From Blepharisma stoltei ATCC 30299 (taxonomy: Eukaryota; Protista; Ciliophora): a stretch of DNA of 64,000 nt. Under the pieces are notes generated by a model. That model ran no database searches. It was not told the origin of the DNA and worked only from the letters and a program-made list of their open reading frames with translations. The position numbers and the translations under genes were made by a program. The first letter of the stretch is position 1. Every line of letters starts with the position of its first letter. Where the stretch lies: NCBI GenBank assembly GCA_965603825.1, contig CBFDEM010000005.1:124001-188000 (forward strand), given 5' to 3'. This document shows positions 12,031-23,970 of this stretch, piece by piece.

Positions 12031-13116
12031 ATGGAAAGGCTTGATCTTCTCTACCAGCACATCTGTCCTGAAGTGATATTTAAATCTTCTGAATTTACAA
12101 ACTTTGTGCAAATAAATCGTCCACCTCAGCTTAATGCAATAAATCAAAAAATTGTCCAAGGGATTACAGCTTGCATTAATATAACAAGATCATCCAGGAA
12201 AAATTTCATAATATCAGGGGTAAACCATAAATCATTTGGAGCTGGAGGAGACCTTGACATGATCATTAAAAATGTAGCCGGTGTAGCTGAATTTTTGCGA
12301 GGTCTGCATCACATTTTTTATTCTATTTCTCAACTGCCGACAGAAACTATTAGTTTGTGAACAGGATACGTGATAGGAAGTGGAGCTGGGGTTGCTTGCT
12401 CTTGCAATATTCGCGTCGCATTTCCAAGCTCCTGCTACATCATGCCTGAGAATCATATTGGTTTATTCCCTGATGTTGGTGCATCCTATTTTCTAACTCA
12501 TTATTGTCCTTTAGATATTGGACTTTATTTGAGCTTAACAGGCACAAAACTCAGAGGAGCTGACTGCTATATAAGCGGGCTTTGCAATTACTATATTCCT
12601 GCAGAGTTTCCTATTGATTCATTTTTAGCTGAGCTTGAACGTTTTCCTTCCCCTTTATTTGCCATCCAAATGTTTCACCGAGAGCCAAAATCTAGTGATT
12701 CTATGATAATTCGGCAGAGAGAGAATATTTATGAGTGTTTTTCTGATGTAAAATCAGTAGAAGAAGTTGTCGAAAGATTAAAACAAAATAATTCGCAATG
12801 GGCAAGAGAAACATTGACAGCTATAAATGGTATGTGTCCTTATTCATTAAAGGTGGCTTTTCAAGCATTTATGTCTGGGAAGGATATGGACCTTTGTGAG
12901 TGTTTAGAAATGGAATTTAATTTGGAGTATCACATGATGGTGCATGAAAATTATAATTTTCTGACAGGAGCAAGACATAAATTGAAAAAGCAAGTAAATG
13001 TGCCTTGGATGCCAGCTTCATTGGAAGAGGTTACTAATGAGATGGTGGGGAATGCCTTTTTCAGTCCTAGAGGATTGAGACTTAGGCTTAAAGAGCTCAA
13101 TACAGTATTTGAATAA
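12031..13116 (+). CDS. HIBCH: 3-hydroxyisobutyryl-CoA hydrolase-like (crotonase family), about 361 aa
   Basis: NRPPQLNAIN, SFGAGGDL, MPENHIGLFPDVGASYFL, YLSLTG and CPYSLKV. Two ORFs are joined by TGA 12358-12360. Confidence 0.85.
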
Positions 13117-13222
13117 ATAATTAAAAGCTAGAAAATTATTTATATATAAAAATTAATCATAAATTATATAAAATGGCAGAATTATTTATATATTAGCAAG
13201 CTGCAGCAATCTTAATTTAAAA

Positions 13223-15551
13223 TTAAGGATTATACATGTTAAAAGTAATTTCCTCTGGCGGGCTAGGCTGTGCGCTATATACTTCAGTATTTTCTGAATC
13301 CATCTTTTCTTCTTCAAGCTCTATCAGTCTTGATACCCTTATCGGTGGTAGCTTTCTTCTTGGCTGCATTGACAGTCTTTCTCTTGCATCATTATACGCT
13401 TTTACAGAGCTTGATTTTGTTTCATTAACCTCATTTTCCAATAAATTAACCTTCTTTTGTAAGCTATTTAAGCAGTCAAGTATTTCTGGCACCCCAAACT
13501 CTTTTTTCTTTTTAAGCTGTCTCTCAGAAATCTCCATCATTTTTTTCTGTTTAGTTTCTGCAATATCTTTAATTTCTTGTAAAGTCATAACAGTCAAATT
13601 AATCGATTTCGTGGCCTTCATGATTTCTTTCATCTCAAATTTTGCCTTTGTATTGGCTTTATCTCTTGCTTCAGCTATGTCTTTCATTTGTTTAAAAATT
13701 ATTGGAAATTCGCGTTCTATTATTTTTACCAGGTCTTTTGCCATAACTAAAACGTCACAGTCAAGTGCAGCCTGAATGGTGTATTTTCTGTCAATCCCGA
13801 ATAGGACTTCAATATCCCCAAAATATGAATCTTTTTGGATACTTTTATAAACAACGCCTGATTTTTGGATATAATTGGCTCGGCCTCCAATTAAAAAATA
13901 AATTTCGTCAGCATATTCTCCTTCACTATAAAATAAGGATCCTTGCTCAAAAAAAACATCACGCAAAAATGGAACTATAGAAGACACAAAAACTTGGTCC
14001 TTGTTTTTAAAAAATGGTAAATTTTTTGCAGCTCCTTTATGCATTTCAATTGATACTTCATACCTTAAATTTCGTGGTATTTCATTAAGGATATTCTGTT
14101 TTGCCGTTAAGGAATACCCTTGCTGTTCAGTTGAATATTTTAATGCTTTTCTGAGTTTTTGTCTTAAATCAAGGCTAAGATGTGCATCTTTGGCGAACTC
14201 ATCAATTATTTCAAGCTTAGAGATCAAGTTTTTTTCCTTAGTATCAAGACCTGCTAACATTGAGGATAAAGATCCTACAGTAAAAGAGATAAAAAATAAA
14301 GCAAACATCATCCAGCACATAGCTAAAAATCTTTCTAAAACAGTTAATGCATTTATATCACCATAGCCAACTGTGCATAGAGTCGTTACTGCTCAGTACA
14401 TAGACAGAGAATACTTAGCTGGCTGTGAATAATCTACATACCCAAGTCTAACAACTCAGCTATTTGGGTTATAATCATCTAATGAATATGACATATACCA
14501 AAAGCATGCCATGATATGAATAATTATAAAAATTGCCCCAAAAGTCTTTATTAGCCTTAATGCACTTTGCTTCAGTCGCAGAATTTTTTGGATGCTTTCC
14601 ATAAATTCATTTTGTCCTCCATTAGAAAAAATCCTCGATATTTGTAGAAGTCTGAACAGCCTAGGCAGCCTAAGTAGCCTTAAAAGATTGCTATAGCCTT
14701 TAGTAGCTTTTAAATTTGTGGTATTTTTGGTTATAATCCCAAAAGGCATGCATGATATACAATCAACAATCATCCAGGATTTCAGATATTTCATCACAAT
14801 TTTTTTCCTATCAGTAATAAACGTCCCATCGTCATCATGATAAGCTGTAAAACAGGTAAAAATGATATCAACCCCAAACAAAACATTTAGCATGACATCA
14901 TCAATATAAAACCAAAACTCTTGATCATAATTATCATTAAATGCAATATTATAAGGCAATAGTGTAGCTGTGTATAGCAGTAAAATTATGATAAATAAGT
15001 TCCAAAACATCTTTGTAGGCTGCCTTGGGTCGAACATGAATGGTGGGACTGTTTCTTTTTTTACTTCTTTAAAAGCTTGCAAAGCATAATTTTCATTTTT
15101 CTTTACTAGAGCTTCAATGTTTGTTTTCATTGAATCTTGATGAAATAAACTTCCAGAAGTACCATATAAATTAACTTCAGCACATATATGTTGAATAAGC
15201 AACTTCGTCCGAAGCTTTAGTCGGGTCCTTTTTCAAACATCTAAATATTTTGAATTAATTACAGGAGTGTTCCGAGTTTCTCTTTTCTTTCTTTCGGTTG
15301 ATGAAAGATCTTCAAGATCTATGTCATCATGAGGTTTTTTAGGGATTGGCAGAGGGATTATTATACTAGAATATGATGTTGTTTTTGAAGGAGCTCCTGT
15401 CTCTGTCATCGATATACGAGAAGATTTAAGAGTCCGCGTATAGCTGCTAGCTGGGGATGGAAGAAGCGTAATACTGTCATCAATTGATGGATTTTCAGTA
15501 ATCGCATGCTTTTGGAATAATCTTTTTAACACCTACTTTGGAAATTACCAT
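13223..15551 (-). CDS. Cyclic-nucleotide-binding-domain voltage-gated K+ channel (EAG/HCN-like), paralog A, about 770 aa
   Basis: S4 LLRLLRLPRLFRL, pore Y-W(TGA 14393)-AVTTLCTVGYGDI, CNBD EGEYADEIYF...SYFGDIE. TGA at 15233, 14456 and 14393. ATG 15551 is followed by a 16-nt intron. Confidence 0.9.
15533..15548 (-). other. 16-nt intron directly after the start codon
   Basis: Minus strand ATG|gtaatttccaaagtag|GTG TTA AAA AGA. Same position as the intron in paralog B. Confidence 0.8.
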
Positions 15552-16136
15552 AAAATTGTTGCGAAATTAAAATATAATTTTGAGGAATTGACCGAATTTT
15601 AGATCAGAATTATCTTTACTTAGAGTAATTTATTTTAAATTTTAAGATTTTTGTATAAGTGAGAACAGGAAATATAAAAAAGGGAAAGAAATTATGTTTA
15701 AAACTGTAAATCTTAATAAAAAATTTAAAAAATCCTGATTTTTAATATTTTTTTATTGAAATTTATAAGTAGATTTAGATTATTTCGAAATTTTATAATT
15801 AATCATAAACCTTATTTTTAATCAATGGCATCAATCCCTATATCTCTCTATATATAATAATATTAAAGATTTTGAAATAAATATTGCCTAATGACTACTA
15901 AATTGAAATTTATCGTACAGAATAATCATTACATCTTTATAACGAATGATAGGGATGATGAATCAATTTTTAAATTAATTTATTATTTGAATAAGTTTTT
16001 CAAGAGGTTGCATTATTCTAGCATAAACCATTATTTTTTAAACTCTTATCATATTTCCAAACTCAATAAATTCACATAAGATTATTCTTATATACAGCAT
16101 TAAACCTTTCTCCGGAAAAAAATTATAATTAACACT

Positions 16137-18467
16137 TTAAGAATTGTACATACTAAAAGAAACTTCATCAAACGGCTTGGGCTGCTCCTCCTGCTTATCA
16201 GTATCCAGATCTTCTTTTCCTTCATTATCCGCTATTAATCTTGAAACCCTTATAGGTGAAAGCTTCCTTCTAGGCTGCATAGAAAGTTTTTCTCTTACAT
16301 CATCATATACTTTTGCAGAATGATTTTTTGCCTCAATCATCTCATTTTCTAATAAATTTAATTTATCTTGAATATTTTTTAAATATTCAAACATTTCAGA
16401 TGGCTGAAATTTTTTATCCTTTTTTGAGTTTCTTTCTGAAATTTGCATCGCTTTTTTCTGTTTATTTTCTGCAAAGTCTTTGATTTCTTGCATAGATAAC
16501 GCATTCAGGCTGTTAGATCGCTTCGCCTTGATTATTTCTTTCATTTCAAATTTTGCCTTCATATTAGCCCTGTCTCTTGCATCTGCAATTTCATGCATTT
16601 GTTTAAAAATTGTTGGAAATTCTTTTTCAATTAATCTGACGAGCTCTTTATTCATTATTAATACATCACAATCAATCCCAGCTTGAATTGTATATTTTCT
16701 GTCTATACCTCTTAGTACTTCAATATCTCCAAAATACGAATCTTTTTGAATACTCTTATAAATAATGCCATCTTTTTGTATATAATGTGCTCGGCCTTTA
16801 AGTAAAAAATATATTTCGTCAGCATATTCACCTTCACTATAAAATAATGATCCTTGTTCAAAAAAATTATCTCTTAAAAATGGGACCACTAAAGACACAA
16901 AGGCTTCATCTCGGTGAATGAAGAAAGGCAGTCTTTTAGCAGCTCCTCTGTGCATTTCAATTGATATTTCGTATCTTAAGTTTCGAGGGATTTCGTTAAG
17001 AATATTTTGCTTTGCTATTAATGAGTATCCTGGGTTTTCAGATGAATATTTTAAAGCTTTTCTGAGTTTTTGTCTTAAATCAAGGCTGAGATGTACGTCT
17101 TTTGCGAACTCATCAATTATTTCAAGCTTAGAAATTAGGAGTTTTTCTTTAGTATCAAGACCTGCTAACATTGAGGATAAAGATCCTACAGTAAAAGAGA
17201 TAAAAAATAAAGCAAACATCATCCAGCCCATAGCTAAAGATCTTTCTAAAACTGTTAATGCATTTATATCACCATAACCAACTGTGCATAGAGTCGTTAC
17301 TGCTCAGTACATAGACAGAGAATACTTAGCTGGCTGTGTATAATCTACATACCCAAGTCTAACAACTCAGCTATTTGGGTTATAATTATCCAATGCATAA
17401 GACATATACCAAAAACATGCCATGATATGAATAATTAAAAAAATCGCCCCAAAAGTCTTTATGAGCCTTAATGCACTTTGCTTTAGTCTTAGCAATTTTT
17501 GGATATTATCCATAAATTCATTCTGCCCTACGCTATCAGAAAAAATCCTCGAAATTTGAATAAGTCTAAAAAGCCTAGGAAGCCTTAGCAGCCTAAGAAG
17601 ATTACTATAACCACTCATAGAATGATTAGTGAGTGCACTTTTTGCAAGAACCCCAAACGGCATACATGATATACAATCAATAATCATCCAAGATCTCATA
17701 TACCTCATAAAAATTTTTCTTCTATCAGTAATAAAAGTCCCACTCTCATCATGATAAGCTGTAAAGCAGGTAAAAATTATGTCCACCCCAAATAAAATAT
17801 TTACCGCAATATCATCAATATAGAACCAAATCTCGTTTTCGTAATTATCATTAAATGAAATATTGTAAGGCAACAGTGTAGCAGTATATATAAGTAAAAG
17901 GACAATTATAAGATTCCAAATTGTTTTTGCTGGCTTGCCGGGATCAAACATAAGAGGTGGGAGTTTTTCAATCTGCTTGTCTTTTCTCTTCTGTAAAGCA
18001 TAGTTTTCGCTTTTTTTCACCAATGCTTCAATATTTGTCTTCATGGAGTCCTGATGGAATAGACTTCCAGATGTTCCATATAAATTAACTTCTGCACATA
18101 TATGCTGTATCAGCAATTTTGTTCTCAATTTAAGCCTCGCTCTTTTTCAAACGTCCAAATATTTTGAATTTACCACAGGAGTATTCCTCATGTCTCTGTT
18201 CTTTCTCTCGGTTGATGAAAGATCTTCAGAATCAAATGTATCGTTAGCTCTTTCGTTTATAGCCAAAGGAGAAATTGAGCTTGAGAATGAGGTAGCTTTG
18301 GAGAAAGGGCCTGTTTCTGTCAAGGCTAGACGGGAAGATTTGAGAGTTTGTGTATGTCTTGTTGTGGTGGAAGAAGGTAGAAGTAAACTACTATCATTTA
18401 TAGACCGATTTTCAGTAATAGCGTGCTTTTGAAATATTCTCTTGAGGACCTAATTTGAGGTTACCAT
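16137..18467 (-). CDS. Cyclic-nucleotide-binding-domain voltage-gated K+ channel, paralog B, about 771 aa
   Basis: Same architecture, TVGYGD filter and the same three TGA positions as paralog A; tandem duplicate. Confidence 0.9.
18450..18464 (-). other. 15-nt intron directly after the start codon
   Basis: Minus strand ATG|gtaacctcaaattag|GTC CTC AAG AGA. Confidence 0.8.
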
Positions 18468-18868
18468 TACTCTTATCTTATGCAATTTAAATGGCCATTG
18501 TTCAGGTTGCCAATCACTGGTTTAATATGTGAATTTACAATTTAGAAGAATTTTAAAATATGAAGGTCAGACCATAATTGTGAATTATTTTATAATTAAA
18601 TTGAGTATTTACTTAATAGGCTTTGTCTGCTAAATTTGTTAAAATAATTGATACCTTCTATGTTTATGGTCAGTTAGCTAAATACTTATAAGGCAGGTAT
18701 TAACAAAAATAGCACAAAAGTTTGGAAGTCAATAATTTAGGCTTTGTTTTTTGAAAAATAGTATTTTTCAATAAAGCAGTTATCATTTATTTCAGAAATA
18801 ATAATCTTTGTGTCAGAATTCCATTAATATGGCATGAAAATAAATAACATTTAAAATTATATCTATTA

Positions 18869-20206
18869 TTACACTGAGCACTTCCTTTTCGCGGTTCTAG
18901 AATTCGATTCTTCAATTTGTTTTTCCAAGCCTTTAATTACATCTTTTAGTCTCCTTATCTCTTTTTCCTTCTCAGAAATTAAAATTGTTTCTAAAAGTTC
19001 TGCAGCGCTTGGCCTTTCATATAAATCCTTGCTCATCATTTTTTTTACACAAAATTGCAGCTCCTCAGAGAAGTCTCCTTTAAAGTCCAAGTCGCCATTT
19101 CTAATAGAATGCCACTCTGGGCCATTAATTGGCAGTGTTTTTCCTCTCATTAGCTCATAAATAGTAGCTCCCAATGAAAAAATGTCAGCTTTAGATAAAT
19201 CTGGGATGCTTTCAGGATTTTCTGAAACATTTGCTAACACTTCAGGAGCTAAATATCTTGCGTCACCTTCAGGGATTTCTCCAGTCAAATTTGTGGTGAC
19301 TCTTGCAAGTCCTAAATCGGCTAATTTAAATTTTCCTGAAAAGCTGTATAAAATATTTTCTGATTTAATGTCCATATGAATAATGTTATGAGCGTGCAAT
19401 TTTTTTAATCCCTTACAAATATCCCTCATAATTTTTCTGATCAAGCTTTCTGTTACAGGCGGATTTCTTTCTACATACCTTGTAAGCGAGCAATCGCATA
19501 ATTCCATACAAATATAAAGATAATCTTTTTCAATCCAAACTGAATAATATCTAATGATATAAGTATTGTCTTCACACATAGAACTTTGTGCTAGCGCATA
19601 GGCTTCTTGTAAGGCTTCATTTCTAGACGCTTTATTCCTTGGGTTTGTTTTTATCTGTTTTACTGCGTAATAAAGCCCGTCAATTTTATTCAAGCACTTA
19701 TAAACAGCCCCAAAATTTCCGCTGCCTAAAATATTTAACTGTATAAAATCATGCTCGTACCTGCAGACTTCTAAATCGTCTTCAAGAATGCTATTTCTAT
19801 GGGATAAAGGTGGGGAATACATAGAGTCGTCAATTTTAAAGGTCGGTAAATCATAGTCTAAATTTTCTTTGGATTTGAAAATTTGTAATTCAAAGCTGTT
19901 CATTCGGGATAAGGTGAGCTCAGCTTTTGGGAAAGGGGTTTGGAAAAATATAAGCTTTTTGTCAATGCTCAGAGCTGGGGTAAGAGGGGTACAAGGTGTT
20001 GAATGGCCTGAGGAAAATTTCCCATCAAAAAGCTTGTCCGCCAACCTCCATCTTTCGTAATAGGAATTTCTTGGAATTGTAAGAGGATCTGGACGGATTG
20101 AGTCTAAGGTAGAGACCAGCTGGTAATTTTGATTAGAATCTTTCATGAGAGAGTTGAGTAAAACTTCTCTACATTGTTTAAGCTTAGACGTTCTGTTGTC
20201 TTCCAT
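18869..20206 (-). CDS. WEE1: Wee1-family kinase
   Basis: LGSGNFGAV, IDGLYYAVK, HMDIKSENI and the Wee1/Myt1 signature EGDARYLAPE. Likely start is ATG 20206 (aaaataATG). Confidence 0.85.
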   Translation of the reverse strand: MEDNRTSKLKQCREVLLNSLMKDSNQNYQLVSTLDSIRPDPLTIPRNSYYERWRLADKLFDGKFSSGHSTPCTPLTPALSIDKKLIFFQTPFPKAELTLSRMNSFELQIFKSKENLDYDLPTFKIDDSMYSPPLSHRNSILEDDLEVCRYEHDFIQLNILGSGNFGAVYKCLNKIDGLYYAVKQIKTNPRNKASRNEALQEAYALAQSSMCEDNTYIIRYYSVWIEKDYLYICMELCDCSLTRYVERNPPVTESLIRKIMRDICKGLKKLHAHNIIHMDIKSENILYSFSGKFKLADLGLARVTTNLTGEIPEGDARYLAPEVLANVSENPESIPDLSKADIFSLGATIYELMRGKTLPINGPEWHSIRNGDLDFKGDFSEELQFCVKKMMSKDLYERPSAAELLETILISEKEKEIRRLKDVIKGLEKQIEESNSRTAKRKCSV

Positions 20207-20347
20207 TATTTTTAAATCTATTTCCGCCAAATTTACATATATGTTTCATTATTTTGGAATTGATTAAGCTATATTTATTCGCCTTAAAATATTTTTACTT
20301 GAAAATTTAATATAAAATTAGAAATAATTTTTTAGAAACAGCAAGCA

Positions 20348-21550
20348 ATGCACAGTAATGTTTAGCCAGAATATCGTCTAATATCTAAAAAAGGAGAAGG
20401 AACTTTTTCAGAAGTTTTAAAAGCACAAAGTATTAAAACTGGCAAATATGTTGCCATCAAATGCATGAAAAATCATTTTAACAGTCTTGAACAAGTCAAC
20501 AATTTAAGAGAAATTCAAGCTTTAAGACGCTTGTCTCCGCATCCTCATATAGTAAAACTTCTTGAAATTCTTTAGTAATTTCTAACTAGTGATGAGCCAA
20601 CAGGAAGACTTGGCCTTGTTTTTGAATTAATGGACCTGAATCTTTATGAGTGGATTCGTGGACGACGACATTATATCCCAGAAAACAAAATTAAATACCA
20701 TATGTATCAACTACTAAAGTCTATTGATCACATGCATCGTAATGGCATATTCCACAGAGATATCAAGCCAGAAAATGTACTTTTAATTGACGATGTGCTG
20801 AAACTTGCAGATTTTGGCTCCTGCAGAGGAATCTATAGCAAGCAGCCTTATACAGAATATATAAGCACCAGATGGTACAGGCCTCCAGAATGCTTGCTAA
20901 CTGATGGCTACTACAATTTCAAAATGGATATCTGGGGTGTGGGCTGCGTTTTCTTTGAAGTTTTAGCTTTATTTCCTTTGTTCCCAGGGAACAATGAGAT
21001 GGACCAAATAGATAAAATCCATAAGATCCTTGGAGTGCCTCCAGCAGAACTAATCTCTGATTTCCAAAGCAAAGCAAAAGAAATTGATTTTAGTTTTCCT
21101 CATCGCGAGGGTACTGGAATTGATAAATTAATACCCCAAGTAACTCCATTGGCAAAAGATTTAATTTCAAAACTATTGACTTATAGTGCAGAAGAGAGGA
21201 TTTCAGCTCGGCAAGCACTGAAGCACCCATATTTTAAGGATATAAGAGAGCAAGAACAGCCTTCAAGAGTAACAATATCTCCAGCAAGCTTAAGAACTCC
21301 TGAAGGTGACAGTGCTGCAGGAGACGGGACTGAAAATTCAGATGGCCCAATTTTGCCACCACTAAAAGGGCCTGTTGTAGCTTTGCCAAAAATAAAGAAA
21401 AAATCTGAGGTAAAATTGAAAAACCAAAACTCAATTAAAAGCATATCAATTGACCAAAAAGTCAGCCCATTCAATAAGAAGCCAATAGAAGTAAAAAAGA
21501 ATTATGTGTCGCCATACAGAAAAGGCATATATAAAGGCGGTGTTTATTAA
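20348..21550 (+). CDS. MOK: MOK/RAGE (LF4-like) MAPK-related kinase, about 390 aa
   Basis: After splicing two 15-nt introns: MHKYRLISKKGEGTFSEVLKAQ...LEILYDEPTGRLGLVFELMD. Also HRDIKPEN and PYTEYISTRWYR. Confidence 0.92.
20355..20369 (+). other. 15-nt intron
   Basis: gtaatgtttagccag contains an in-frame TAG. Removal gives MHKYRL. Confidence 0.88.
20575..20589 (+). other. 15-nt intron
   Basis: gtaatttctaactag. Removal restores the conserved ILYDEPTG. Confidence 0.92.
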
Positions 21551-21579
21551 TTCTGAAAAAATAATCTAAGATCTTTAAA

Positions 21580-22461
21580 TTAGAAACTGCTTAGCCATTT
21601 TAAGAAGTTATGACTAGGCGTGTATCCATAAAGGTCTCTAAACCTTTTGGACACCATTTGTTGGTCTTGTGTATGAGCCACAGGGAATACTCCATATGTT
21701 TCTCTGATGCTCCAAGGCTCACTAACTCTTTCTACATCTTGCACATTGATAGATTGAGACAGCCTTTCAATAATCGTCTCAAGAGTCATTGATTCTGGCT
21801 CCGATGCATAAAATAGCCCAGTTGCTTTATTTTCGACAAGAATCCTATACATATCTGCAAGGTCTTCATAATGAATAAAACAAATATGTGGGTTTCCATT
21901 GACAGCAATAATTTTATTATGCTTTTTGCAAGCCAAAATCCAGTCTTCTACAAAGCTTCTTCCATAGACCCAGACAGGTCTGATAACTGCTGCACGTAGA
22001 TTTCCACAGGTTGCATTGCAAACTTTTCTTTCTAAAATAGGTCTAAATGCAAAAGAAGGAAGACATTGTGAGGTATCGTCATGGTCTTCATCAATAATTC
22101 AATTAGTATTGCCATTAATGACACATCCAGATGTAGAAAGAAGGGAAACTGGCTTTGTTTCAGCTGTTTTGCGGGCTCCAGAGATCATAGCGTCCGTGAT
22201 TATATGCTCAGATTTTATTCCGTCTTCACTAAAGGTAAAGGCTGTATGGATTATTGCGTCAAATCCTATACAAAGGTCGGCAATTTGATAGGCTGTTTCT
22301 GGGTTTATAGTAAAAATTAGAGGAATTCCACCTTTATTAGAAATTTCTGCAGCTTTTGCTTCAGATCTTACAATGCATGTGACTTCGTGGCCGTGGGCAA
22401 TCAAGTTTTCTAATACAGCGCTTCCGATAGAACCTGTTGCTCCAGTCAAAAATATCCTCAT
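21580..22461 (-). CDS. NAD-dependent epimerase/dehydratase (atypical SDR), about 293 aa
   Basis: MRIFLTGATGSIG, DAIIHTA, IRPVWVYG and FIHYEDLA. ORFs are joined across TGA 22099-22101. Confidence 0.85.
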
Positions 22462-22586
22462 TTTTATGGCTTAGGAAAGGATAGCTATTTTAAAACGCTT
22501 ATATATTTCCACGGTTACAAGCTGAAAATCAATTTTCTTAATTTTTGATTTAATTCTTAGCCAAAATATTTAAAGATGGTTTACAA

Positions 22587-22907
22587 TTAGGAATGCGCTG
22601 TTATGTCTTGGTATATAAACTTCGCGATCTTCAAATGGGTTGCAGCCCTACATGGAGATGAGCTTGGAGACACAGGTGACAAGCCTTCAGTTTCTCTAAT
22701 AAATGAAGCCAATCCTAAAACTCCGTCCAGGTCTTTTGGAGCTGATCTGATTTTCAATCTTTTTTGTTTTTGTCGATATTGCTTTACGCTTATTTTGGCT
22801 ATTCTATAGTGGACAGTCCCATAGATATCTTGTAGGTCTTTAAGGATGTCGTTTGGGCTGAACTTGACTCTGTCTGACTTGCGTGAAAACGTTGCTAATT
22901 TTTTCAT
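22587..22907 (-). CDS. Small basic hypothetical protein, 106 aa
   Basis: ATG-to-TAA ORF with coding-like composition between AT-rich spacers; no motif recognised. Confidence 0.5.
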   Translation of the reverse strand: MKKLATFSRKSDRVKFSPNDILKDLQDIYGTVHYRIAKISVKQYRQKQKRLKIRSAPKDLDGVLGLASFIRETEGLSPVSPSSSPCRAATHLKIAKFIYQDITAHS

Positions 22908-23328
22908 GCTTTAAATTAATTTTAATTTCATAGATATGAGTGAAGGTTTAATATGAATTTGTAAAACTTGATAGGAAATTATAATTATTAATTTTCAAAG
23001 TGGTTGATTCAAATATATGAAATATGGAATGAAAATATATAGTAAATTAGGAAAAATTAATTTTGCGAGATCTGAGAGGCTTTAGGGAGATAGAATTTAG
23101 ACTGTGTGCGAAGTGCTGTAAAATCTGAATTTTGGTGAACTAGAGATTTATAATTTTATTTATTTGGGAAATTATTCAATTATAAGGAGAAGCGCATTTA
23201 ACTTTCATAAGCTTTAAAAGGCATTAAAATTTTGAATAAAGAAAAGTATAATAAATAAAAATAAATTGAGATTAATTATAACTTGGCTCTAGAAATCTTC
23301 ATTTATCATATTTTCAAGTCTGCACATC

Positions 23329-23826
23329 TTACACTAATTTAATATTTTCAATATCGCTAGTTACCTGCAGCATATTTTCCAAAACTTCTTTAAGCTCTTG
23401 CTTTTCTTTTTCTTTTTCACTAATTTGATCTCTTAGCCTATTTTTAATTTCTACCATACACTGTGTAGGTCTCATTCAATAAATCAATTGATAAAAATTT
23501 AAGATGATCTGTTCATAGTCTTTGAATTTCCCTGGAGCATCCATAGGGGATTCTGCAAGAGTTTTAATTAAATTCAAAGCAGACTGGTATAATGTATATT
23601 CCAGTCTTAAGAGAGTTTCTTTATTAAAAGTCGCAGGATCTTGCAGCTCAGTCTCAGGGATCATTTGGACAAAGTTTTCAGCTTCAATTCTTAAGGGGGC
23701 TTCTTTTGTAGTGAAAACCCTGCCAAACATAGAAAATTCGCCTTCAATAGGCGGGTTAGGAGGAGTTTTTAAACCTCGTTTATACCAAAAAGGAGGTGGT
23801 GGGAAAGCTGCATTATTTTGATCCAT
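23329..23826 (-). CDS. MED7: Mediator subunit 7, about 165 aa
   Basis: AFPPPPFWYK, PPNPPIEGEFSMFG and NFYQLIY-W-MRPTQ (cf. HHLINEYRPHQ). TGA 23476 is read through to TAA 23329. Confidence 0.8.
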
Positions 23827-23970
23827 TTTGATTATATTAAATAAATTAATCCATTTAAATGGCAAAATCTCTTAAAATATTATTTATCATAAGAATATAA
23901 ATTTAAGCATATGAATTCTTTCTCTAATAAGTTACAATAAAATCTAATAAAAATCTATTTAATTTTATTA

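Noticed and set aside
15891-16079. 62-aa plus-strand ORF between the channels
   Set aside because: Composition of AT-rich intergenic DNA.
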